Shown here: piece by piece, positions 9,665 to 18,463 of the stretch
How the letters are laid out: each line of letters begins with the position of its first letter
How positions within the stretch are numbered: the first letter of the stretch is position 1
From: Andalucia godoyi And28
Taxonomy: Eukaryota; Protista; Jakobida
Direction of reading: 5' to 3'
NCBI GenBank assembly: GCA_009859145.1
Contig: VRVR01000033.1
Location: 124,001 to 188,000 of the forward strand
DNA: 64,000 bases
Translations under genes and position numbers: made by a program
The notes under the pieces: generated by a model
Told to the model about the DNA's origin: nothing
The model's database searches: none
Seen by the model: only the letters and a program-made list of their open reading frames with translations

Positions 9665-11797
9665 TTAGTTTCGACGGATTTTGCTCTTCCGTTCTTGGTG
9701 AAGTCGGTACATGTCATCCACTTGTCTAGGACCGTGGTCAGCCCCACCATCATCCTCGTCATCGCGAGCCCGCTTCATTCCTGGCGCAAAAACATCCGTC
9801 ATGCCGGCGGTGCGCAGTGGGGGAAGCGGGTTTCGGGTCAGCGACTGGATAACCGCGTCGGCAGGGATCACCGGACCAGAATACGCGGTTGGTAAGCGTC
9901 TGATAAAATCCTGAAGAATATCCGAAGTTCCTGTGAACTGCACCATGATGGACAAATCTGGCCGAGGATACGAACGCATAGGGGCCTGCTCCTCCAGTTT
10001 GTTTTCATCCGTGATCGAAAACACACCGTACAATGACGGATCAACTGTTCGCCAGTCATCCAATGCCAGTCCCTGCAATGCATCCACCTTGTGTCGCTTG
10101 ATGACGGCCCTTCTGGTCGTGGACGAATCATCCGCAGAAGAAACCTCCTGCAACTCATGAACCTTCCACGGGATAAGATCCCGGAACGAATTCTTAAGAA
10201 CCATCGAGTGCAGCGATGACCGGACATCAAGACCGAGGGCGTCCGCTCTTCGTCGCAGGACATTTTCCAGCGACGATGGATCTCCAAATCTTCTTTCAAC
10301 ATCCACATACCGATTCCACAGCTCCGCAGATTGCTCTTGCGGCAATTGCGGAAGCGACCGATCCAGCATCACTCGAATGTTGTTGTCGTCTTCGATTCGC
10401 TCCAAAAAATCCACGTATTCAAGCAAGAATGACGCATCAAGGGCGTACTTCTTCGCCGCAAACTTGAAGATTCTCTTCGCAACTTCCGGCTCCTTGTTTG
10501 TGTGAAGCTCCATCAATGCGGAAGCGGCGTAGACGTGCCACGTGGTATGGGGACACTGCACCGCGCGAACCAGAATTTCTCGAGCAGCCTCGGTACTTTG
10601 CACTCTCCGCAGCAACTTTTGCAATGTAACAAAAAGCAAGGAGATCTCGCGTTTCAAAGCCTGCACAATCGCCTCGTGTGCAAGAGACGCTGACTCACCT
10701 GCCATCTGCTCCGACTTTGCAACTCGTCGTTCGATTTCCATGTCGAGAACCTCTCGTGCAGCACCTGGATCCTTTCTCGCTCGCTCTTCAAACTCGGCTT
10801 GAGCGAGAACCAACAGCAAGCACTCGGGCAATGCTTCTTGCCGAGCCTCGATGTAGACCCGATTGGCTTCTTCGAAGCGACCCTGGTCGCTTAAAAACGA
10901 AGCATAGTCACACCACGCTTGTGGAGAATGCGTAAAATACATCAGCATTTGTCTGTAGAGAAGTTTGACTCGGGTGAATACATCTCGCTTACCAAGGCGC
11001 TGTTGATTGCGCTTTTCTTCTGCAACCAGCTTCATCCAAATCGCGAGTTGTCTTTCTTCTGTCGGATCGCCGACGCTCGGTCTTGCTAGGAGACTCCACT
11101 GAATGACTTGCCGATCTGCACGTCGGTCAAGATACATTTGCTTCGCACCCTTGTGTTTTGGCAGCTCTTCCGACAATCTTCGTGTGAATGTCGTCTCGTC
11201 GATGTCCTTTTCATACTCCTCAAAGCGCTTCCAAATCTGTTCTCCACCGTCCAACGGAATTTCAATTGCGCGACGAAAGACTCCTCGGATCTTTTGCATT
11301 CTTTCAACCTTTTCATACTCGGAAGTTGAAACTGGCTCTCTCAGCAGCAAGTCAATGTACTCGATCCACATCGGTCCTGCTGCAGGGTCGGTTCCAACGT
11401 CTTCAAACAATGAAGTTGAATACATTTGCTTTAACCGTGCCTGGTCCGCTTGCTTGTGATTGGACAAATAGCGGATGTGCAGCAAGTGGATCTCAACATA
11501 CGGACAAAGCGCCTTTGCTTTGACAAACAAATCGTCCAGATACTGGATGTTTGCCAGTCGATCCATTTCTTCGCAAATTGCAAGATTCTGGATTTCAGTC
11601 TGGATGTAGCTCGTCCAGACCGAAGGTGACCGAGGAAACACTCGCAAACAACCCTCAAACTTTGGTCGTCGATCCCCAACAGACAACTTTTCAAAGAGCG
11701 GAATGAGCTGTTGCCAAACTGAAGTATTGTACAGGTCAGACTGAATTCCAGAAAGCACCAGGGCTTCGAGCTTGCTGATTTTCTCCACAATCGACAT
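9665..11797 (-). CDS. CSTF3: Cleavage stimulation factor 77 kDa subunit (CstF-77/Rna14/Suf), HAT repeats
   Basis: HAT repeats (FEGCLRVFP.S...W..YI, IRGVFRRAIEIP, WHVYAASALME, AKRIFKFAAKKY, ELWNRYVDVERRFGD) and the C-terminal PRPD/QF motif. Confidence 0.9.
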   Translation of the reverse strand: MSIVEKISKLEALVLSGIQSDLYNTSVWQQLIPLFEKLSVGDRRPKFEGCLRVFPRSPSVWTSYIQTEIQNLAICEEMDRLANIQYLDDLFVKAKALCPYVEIHLLHIRYLSNHKQADQARLKQMYSTSLFEDVGTDPAAGPMWIEYIDLLLREPVSTSEYEKVERMQKIRGVFRRAIEIPLDGGEQIWKRFEEYEKDIDETTFTRRLSEELPKHKGAKQMYLDRRADRQVIQWSLLARPSVGDPTEERQLAIWMKLVAEEKRNQQRLGKRDVFTRVKLLYRQMLMYFTHSPQAWCDYASFLSDQGRFEEANRVYIEARQEALPECLLLVLAQAEFEERARKDPGAAREVLDMEIERRVAKSEQMAGESASLAHEAIVQALKREISLLFVTLQKLLRRVQSTEAAREILVRAVQCPHTTWHVYAASALMELHTNKEPEVAKRIFKFAAKKYALDASFLLEYVDFLERIEDDNNIRVMLDRSLPQLPQEQSAELWNRYVDVERRFGDPSSLENVLRRRADALGLDVRSSLHSMVLKNSFRDLIPWKVHELQEVSSADDSSTTRRAVIKRHKVDALQGLALDDWRTVDPSLYGVFSITDENKLEEQAPMRSYPRPDLSIMVQFTGTSDILQDFIRRLPTAYSGPVIPADAVIQSLTRNPLPPLRTAGMTDVFAPGMKRARDDEDDGGADHGPRQVDDMYRLHQERKSKIRRN

Positions 11798-12017
11798 GAG
11801 CCTGCGTTCCACAAATATACCCAATCCAACTCCACGCGCTGCGCTGCTTGTTGCCTTCTTGTTTCGAAAAAACAAGAAACACAGAGGGAGAAAGCCGCAA
11901 CCGAAGGGCATACGCCAATAGAGAAGCTTCTGAGAGTTCAGACCCTTCTTGTGCAGGACGCGCGGTGTACGACTGCGGCAGGATTTGTGCGAACGACTCG
12001 GGACGAATTACCCTCCA

Positions 12018-12432
12018 AACCCAAAAACCTCTCCCAACATTAGTCTCGCATTTTGTGCCTCAGACAGATCTGGTTGGCGTAAAGTGACTGTATAATCTGC
12101 ATCAGCGCCCACCCAATGAGCTCCCCTTTTGAGTGGGGCATCCGTGGGTCTGCGCACTCCAAACAGAATCAGCTTATGTTTCCATCAAAGCTCTCTATTC
12201 GATCAATTGGAACATTCGTTTGAACCATTTGAACCCTGGGCACCAGGAAAGAACTAGGGATTTTCAACGAGCTTCATTTATTGCCACTCCGCATATTTAT
12301 CCACTTGTTCTCTCTCTCTCTCTCTCCCTCTCGATCTCTCTCGATCTCATTGGGCCTCGACCTGCGCACCTTCAGCCATACTGTCCGATGTTATCACAGC
12401 CGTCCACCAGACCTCTGGGTTGAAGGGCTATA
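12018..12432 (+). mobile_element. Degenerate dispersed repeat, copy A, homologous to 41946-42176 (minus); possible Fanzor2 RuvC-I region relic
   Basis: 12345-12432 matches the reverse complement of 41946-42033 at 77/88 nt. A second block, 12018-12112, matches 42075-42176 with gaps. Confidence 0.6.
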
Positions 12433-12773
12433 CCAAAACAAAAAAAACACCCAACCAAAAAAAGGCCAGCTTTCGATGGAGCGTCGGGCCCTTGGGCGAG
12501 CGAGCATCGACCCGTGGTCGTGACTTAATCCTGGTGCGTACGCTCGACACAGGCCGGCAGTGATGTGGGACACCCGGAAAACGCTCTTAAGAACACGGCG
12601 GCTCGGCTTTTGGTGTTGTGCTCTCAAAAAAGAAGCATTCAATCAACACCACGTCATATGTTCATGTCTGACCTGGCAAAAGTCAAGTGTTCAAGAATTC
12701 TAATCGTTATGAGGCGTGCGCGTACAATAAAACGATTTTGATACATGCATGTGGGCGCGGATGACTTTTATCA

Positions 12774-13247
12774 TCATTTCCTCTTGGAAGATTCGACGGA
12801 GGAATCCGAAGAGCTGCTGTCGGAAGCGACGGCAATGACGAACCCGGAGAACAAGAACGAAGCTCCGATCCACCATCCAAGATTCAGAGCATCCCCAAAC
12901 AAAATGTGAGCAAAGATTGCAGAACACAGAAAGTTTGCAGCAGTGTTCACGACGGAAGCTCGGAGCGTGGAGCTCAGCGCCATAGCCTTTGAGAACTGTG
13001 CCCACATGACTCCATTCACGAGGATGTACAGGCCGAGAAACAATCCACGGACAGCCAGCTGCACATAAAAGTACACTGTATACAGCCTGTGTTGTGAAAT
13101 CAATGCATCGTTGCAGTTCCCGAAAAACGTCGTGCACACAAACATCAACACGGGGGAATCCGAGTCCGTGCCGAGTTTCGCGAGACACGAGGCAAGACCC
13201 GCCAGCACGCCGCTTGCGATCGCATAGTACACATACGTGGGAATCAT
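12774..13247 (-). CDS. TMEM42: TMEM42-like small multi-pass membrane protein (DMT/EamA fold)
   Basis: AIASGVLAGLASCLAKL, NGVMWAQFSKAM..S, VVNTAANFLCSA and LFGD.L...WW.G motifs; four hydrophobic segments. Confidence 0.75.
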   Translation of the reverse strand: MIPTYVYYAIASGVLAGLASCLAKLGTDSDSPVLMFVCTTFFGNCNDALISQHRLYTVYFYVQLAVRGLFLGLYILVNGVMWAQFSKAMALSSTLRASVVNTAANFLCSAIFAHILFGDALNLGWWIGASFLFSGFVIAVASDSSSSDSSVESSKRK

Positions 13248-13982
13248 TCTCAGATGTTTGAAGCCGAACCACAAAATGATAGAAAGAAAACGATAGAAAG
13301 AAAATGAAAAACGGAGAATGAAGAACGGGGAATGGAAACCGAATACAATTACGAAACGAAAAATTAGTTTCTTCTATTCTTCTTTTCTCTGTTTTCTTTC
13401 TGCCGTTGCTTGTTGCTTGTTGTGGTTGTCGCTGTTGTTTGTCGCAGCTTCTTGACGCGAGAGTGTGACGGCGGCGGGCAGCGGCGAGAAGGGTGTGCAT
13501 GTTGCAATGTTGCTGTTTTCATTCTTGGCATCGCTTCTGAAGAGCTTTGCACGGTCCGGGACTTCGCAACCAAGCGATTTGGTTCTCGTGCTCCAAGTCC
13601 AATCGGACGGAATTCGCTATTCTCTCATTGGCCATCCGTCCCATGTGACCCAGCCGCAGCAACAGCAACAGCTTGTCGCAGTTCCCAGGTAATTCGATTG
13701 TGCTCTGCTTTTGTTCGTTGTGTGCTTCGTGTGCCTACCGACAAGAGAGCCGCCGAATGATAAAGACCGACTGGATATGCCCTGTCATTTTTGTTGTTGC
13801 TTCAGGGCAAAGGACAGCCCGCCACTCTCTCAGCCACACACACACACTCTCTCTCTCTCTCCTCTCTTTGGTTTGGATAAGAAATGCGCCACTGAGGTCT
13901 CACGAGCTCCAACAAGGGCAACAACGACTGGCTGTTCTTCTTCTTTACTTTTTTTATTTCACTTTTTCTTCCTTTGAAAAAG

Positions 13983-14396
13983 CTAAGCTCTCTGTGCTTG
14001 CTGTTGCTGAGAAAGCTGCATAAACTTGTTGAGGATAGCCTGGATTTCCAGCAGCTTCTCTCTCTTTTCTCTCTGTGACTTTTCCTCTGCAGCAATCTTA
14101 TCATCGACCTTCTTGAGCTCGCTCGCCAAAAACTCGAGTCGTCGAGAAACCGTCTCCTTTGCCTCGGAAAGCTTCTGCATGATCAGAACAGGTCCAACAA
14201 GCTTGTACACGTTGTCGGACGAAGTCGCAGGATTCACAAGATCAAGTTCCTGCATCACCATCTTGTTTTCCGTGTGCTGCTGCTCAAGCTTGGACCGGTT
14301 CGCAACAATTCCTTGCATCTTTGTCTGCGAGGCCGCAATCTCATCAACAATAAGTTGGTACGTTTGCGTCAAATGGTTCACTTCGTTGGACGACAT
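13983..14396 (-). CDS. PFDN6: Prefoldin subunit 6
   Basis: KLEQQHTENKMVMQELD, VYKLVGPVL, EAKETVSRRLEFL; 137 aa from ATG 14396. Confidence 0.9.
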   Translation of the reverse strand: MSSNEVNHLTQTYQLIVDEIAASQTKMQGIVANRSKLEQQHTENKMVMQELDLVNPATSSDNVYKLVGPVLIMQKLSEAKETVSRRLEFLASELKKVDDKIAAEEKSQREKREKLLEIQAILNKFMQLSQQQQAQRA

Positions 14397-15068
14397 TTCT
14401 TTTGGCTCCCCTTCTTCTTCTTCTTCTTCTTTTGGTCCAAACGCTACCACTTGATCAAAAAATGCAAAAATGCAAAAATTAAAAATTAAAATTGTTAATA
14501 TGAAATGGAAAGCAAAACGAAGCAAAGGGAAAAGAATGGTGTTAAAAGCCTTGCTAAGCTTTTGCAATGAAAGCATTTCGGGAAAAGGCGGCGAGGGAAA
14601 AACGACAATCTACGGCAGGAAAGCTCTGGCAAAAATCCCGCTCCGATTTTTCTTTTCGTCGTTTTTCCACGAAACGCTCGACAAGGGGCGCGGTTTTGTT
14701 TTTTTTAATTTAAAAGTACACTGGAACTGGTGAGCTGAGAGTTCGACTAGACTAATTTTGGCGTTACAAGAACTGTACCCATTTTGATGTTTTGTTTTTT
14801 GTGACTTGATTAAATCAGCAAAATCGTAAAAGGGGCGGCGGGAGGAAAATGCGAGGGAAGGAAGCATACAAAAATGCTCAAAACCGATGAAAAGTTGTTG
14901 TATCGCTCGCTCTCTCTCGCTCTCTCTCTCTCTTCTCCTTCACATCTTCTCCGCCTCCTTCTGATCATCCTCGTTTTTCGTTTCTAAACATAACTTTATT
15001 GTCGTATTCTCCTTGCATTTCTTGACTTAACTTTTCGTCTCTTCTTGCCTGCATCCGTCAGAAAAATA

Positions 15069-16604
15069 ATGACAGTTACAGATCGTCATCCTTCGCAAAC
15101 AACTGTTTCTCGAGCCCCTCCTTCGCCGCTCGCAGTCTCACCGAACGCATCATCTCCATATTTGCCTCCAAAGTCTCCCCATCCTCGCGAGGCTTACAAT
15201 AATAATAGTAGCAATAACAATCCAGGAACTGCTCTGACTCCGAGATCTGCGGCATCTGCAACTTCGCCCACGAACGCGTTGATCAACATGATCAAGACGA
15301 TGCGGTCACTGAACCCTGCGAATTTGCATGCGCTCGAAGACACTTTGGTGGTGACAAAGTCCGAGTTGAGCGAGTACAAACAAATCTCGGAAAGTCTGCA
15401 CAAGACCGTGAGTTCGCTGGAGAAGGCGCTGATCCAAGAACGTCGTCGTCGTGAAGAGCTTGAAATTCAGGTTTCTCGCATGCAGGCGGAGGCTGTAGCC
15501 CGTCGCCACCGGCTGTCTGAGCAGCAAGATGTGGGAATCCAGTGCACTGGAGATGCTATGGACGCCCACGACGGTGGACAATCAGTGGCTGCTGCATCGA
15601 AAGAAGCTGCTGACGGGGTGGGTGCCGATATTCCAGTCACCGAAGAGATTGTGTACTCGAGTGTGAACTCGGACTGCGATCTCTTGTATGAAGGTTTCAA
15701 GAGCAAGTCCTTTGCGGTGATCTACAAAGTCATCTGCTCGCGAACAAACCAGCAGCTCCAGGTGTTGCAACAGACTTATTCAGATACCTACGGAAAGGCC
15801 CTTCACAAGTTGATCGAGAAGAAGACCTCCGGGGATCTCAAAATGCTGCTCTCCATGCTTCTGTACGAACCGATGGCGCTCCGTGCGGAACTCTTGTACA
15901 ACGCATTGCACGGATTCTCTCTGGAGGAGGACGCCGTCATAGATATTGTTTGTACTGCAAACAATGCAGAGATCGTCCAGTTGCGACAGATGTACTCCAA
16001 GATGTTCTCGAAGCTTGTCGATGAGGATATGCAGCGGAACACGGCAGGAGACTTTCGAACCTTCCTCACAATCGTGTTCCTGGCGCAGCGAGCCAACAAC
16101 GCAGAGCTCAACGGTCAGGATTTGGCAGGCGACGCTCACACCTTGTTCGTGGCCGGAGAAGGACAGCGGTTCCGCGCAGATACGCAGCCGTTTATTCAAA
16201 TCATTGGAACTCGTTCTCAGGCTCATTTGGCCGCATTGAACGAGTCGTACTGCGCAATGAACAGAGATCAGCACGATCTGCTGACTGCCGTGTTCAAGGT
16301 CACGAGCGGAGCCCTTCGAAAGGCCCTCGTCGCAACCATCAAACACAGCATCGACGCGAACGCATTCTGGGCTGAGCGCATTCACTTTGCTCTCACAGGA
16401 TTCAGTGTCGACGAGTCCAGGTTGAACAGATACCTTGTTCTTGCACGGGAGTCGCTGCCCAGCATCCAACAGACTTACCGCGAAAGGTACAAGTACGACA
16501 TGCTCACCGAGGTCCACCGCCGCGGCTCGGGATCATGGAAGCGCGCAGTTGTTCAGCTTCTTGAAAGCTCTCCTGCACTTTCGAAAGCTGTGCCAACTGC
16601 CTAG
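15069..16604 (+). CDS. Annexin with a long N-terminal low-complexity/coiled-coil extension
   Basis: Four annexin repeats (KKTSGDLKMLL, VIDIVCTANNAEI, NTAGDFRTFL, IIGTRSQAHL, WAERIHFAL, RGSGSWKRAVV). Confidence 0.88.
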   Translation: MTVTDRHPSQTTVSRAPPSPLAVSPNASSPYLPPKSPHPREAYNNNSSNNNPGTALTPRSAASATSPTNALINMIKTMRSLNPANLHALEDTLVVTKSELSEYKQISESLHKTVSSLEKALIQERRRREELEIQVSRMQAEAVARRHRLSEQQDVGIQCTGDAMDAHDGGQSVAAASKEAADGVGADIPVTEEIVYSSVNSDCDLLYEGFKSKSFAVIYKVICSRTNQQLQVLQQTYSDTYGKALHKLIEKKTSGDLKMLLSMLLYEPMALRAELLYNALHGFSLEEDAVIDIVCTANNAEIVQLRQMYSKMFSKLVDEDMQRNTAGDFRTFLTIVFLAQRANNAELNGQDLAGDAHTLFVAGEGQRFRADTQPFIQIIGTRSQAHLAALNESYCAMNRDQHDLLTAVFKVTSGALRKALVATIKHSIDANAFWAERIHFALTGFSVDESRLNRYLVLARESLPSIQQTYRERYKYDMLTEVHRRGSGSWKRAVVQLLESSPALSKAVPTA

Positions 16605-16823
16605 CGCTGTCCAGCATAAATCCTAAAATGTTCATGCGAGCAGGATCGCGTTACGGCCTCCCCTCCCCTTAACCAACCAACCAACCAACCAAAAGAATAG
16701 AAATCGATGTAAAATGTCGGAAAAACTAAAAAGGTAAGGAGGGAAGAGGAAGGTAGGGGAAAAGAGGCACATAGAGGGGGGAGATAACAGAGATAAACGT
16801 GTAGCCGTCCAAAAAGAACTCTA

Positions 16824-17525
16824 TCAGGGAGTAATACTCTGACCTGCAAATGAAGAAGCTCCGAGCGAGTCTGTGCTGCTTGTGGCTGTGCTGGAAGCAT
16901 TCAATGGACCCTGCATCAGCTTGCGAACCTCCTTGGGAACGAGATCAGATGCTTCTGTGATCGCGTAAATCCACTCCATCATGTTCGTCCGTTCTTCTGA
17001 TGCGCAAAACAGCTTCCTGCCTCCCGGAACCTCGATGCAAAATGTCAGTGGTTTGTCCACTTCTTCCTCCGGCACTTCAAACACCTTGCATCCGACAAGA
17101 CGAACTACCCCTGTGGGCATCGCGTCTTCCTTCTTCTTGTAGTACACTAAACAATGATTGGAAATGCAAACGTACCGCACCGTCCAGTTTTTTCTGTTCC
17201 TTCCCTTTTTCTCCAAAACGCCTACTCGAGAAGATATTCTGCGAACGGAGTCGAAGGAGACCCCATTTGGAAAATACCGATCAAGAACCAGCTTGGCGCT
17301 CATGGACTCCCCACATGCAAAATAAGCCTCGTTGACTTCTGTGGAAAGAAGTCGAACAGTTTGTGCAAGCGTTGAAATCGCAGATTTGTGCGCATGAATG
17401 TCGCGCGTCAGATTGAATACCGTCCGTTCAAGCTCGTAATTATGCTCCTGCAGCCGTTGCTGACAGTTTTCCTCCGAGTCCACAGCGACTAACAACGGAT
17501 CCACACTCCCTTGTCTGTCATCCAT
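16824..17525 (-). CDS. PH-domain protein with N-terminal coiled coil
   Basis: GVLEKKG..RKNW..RY, L.YYK, FCIE, and terminal helix MMEWIYAI. Confidence 0.8.
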   Translation of the reverse strand: MDDRQGSVDPLLVAVDSEENCQQRLQEHNYELERTVFNLTRDIHAHKSAISTLAQTVRLLSTEVNEAYFACGESMSAKLVLDRYFPNGVSFDSVRRISSRVGVLEKKGRNRKNWTVRYVCISNHCLVYYKKKEDAMPTGVVRLVGCKVFEVPEEEVDKPLTFCIEVPGGRKLFCASEERTNMMEWIYAITEASDLVPKEVRKLMQGPLNASSTATSSTDSLGASSFAGQSITP

Positions 17526-17897
17526 TCTGATGTGTACGCCGTTTCGTCTGTTTCCACAAAAAAAACCCCAATGTTTCTTCCTTAATCTTTTATGGGTTCG
17601 CAAAACTCAATCCCCCAATCGAAGAAATACCCAAACCCGGTGCTTACCAAAATCGCTGATCCCGCGTTTTCCAGTAGGGCTGGAAACAAAATTGTCAACA
17701 GGAAATTTTTGAGAGCGGAGATTGAAGAGAGCCCAAATCGCAATATTTGCAATAGGCCGGACAAAAGGGGAAAAGGAGCTGCAGGCCGTAGTGGCAATGC
17801 GGATCGTCTGGCTTGGATAAATTTGTGACTCTCTTCTTTCATTTGGGCCCTGTGTGTTGTTGCTGGGTGTTGTTGTTGCAGGGAGACGGGGGAAGAA

Positions 17898-18245
17898 ATG
17901 TCGCTTGATATGAAGGCGCGGTCGTCGGTCGCCCGAGCGATTCAGCAGATAGTCGAGCAGGAATCTGATAAACTGGGACTCGAGGTTTCGGAAGATGCAG
18001 TGGAAGCACTCACGGACGTCATTGCAGTGCTGACGTCGACTCTCGGAAGTGATTTGGAGAGTTTTGCAGCACATGCCAAGCGAAAAATGATAACTGCCGA
18101 GGATGTGCTTTTGTTCAGTAGAAGAAATGCTGCTTGCAAGGCTCACTTGATAGACGTCCTTGAAACTATCAAGAAGCCGTCGGTCGAGCGCAAGCCAAAG
18201 CAATTCAAAGGAAATGCAAGTCATGTCGATTCTGCAAACGATTGA
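17898..18245 (+). CDS. CENPS: CENP-S/MHF1 histone-fold protein
   Basis: DLESFAAHAKRKMITAEDVLLFSRRN signature. Confidence 0.9.
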   Translation: MSLDMKARSSVARAIQQIVEQESDKLGLEVSEDAVEALTDVIAVLTSTLGSDLESFAAHAKRKMITAEDVLLFSRRNAACKAHLIDVLETIKKPSVERKPKQFKGNASHVDSAND

Positions 18246-18463
18246 CTGCTGAAGAGGGGGGGAAGGATGTCATCCACGGTGCTAGAGCCCGTACGTATGC
18301 AAGTATGCAAAAGCGTAGTGGTGTGGTTGTGGAATTGGTCTAAATAACTATGTGATTTTAATGCTTGTGCTAAGCAATCGATCCAGAATCCCTCAGACTG
18401 GGCACAGATGCAGTGGGCCACTCGATGACGACGGGTGGAGGAAAGGGAAGAAGGAAACAGAAA

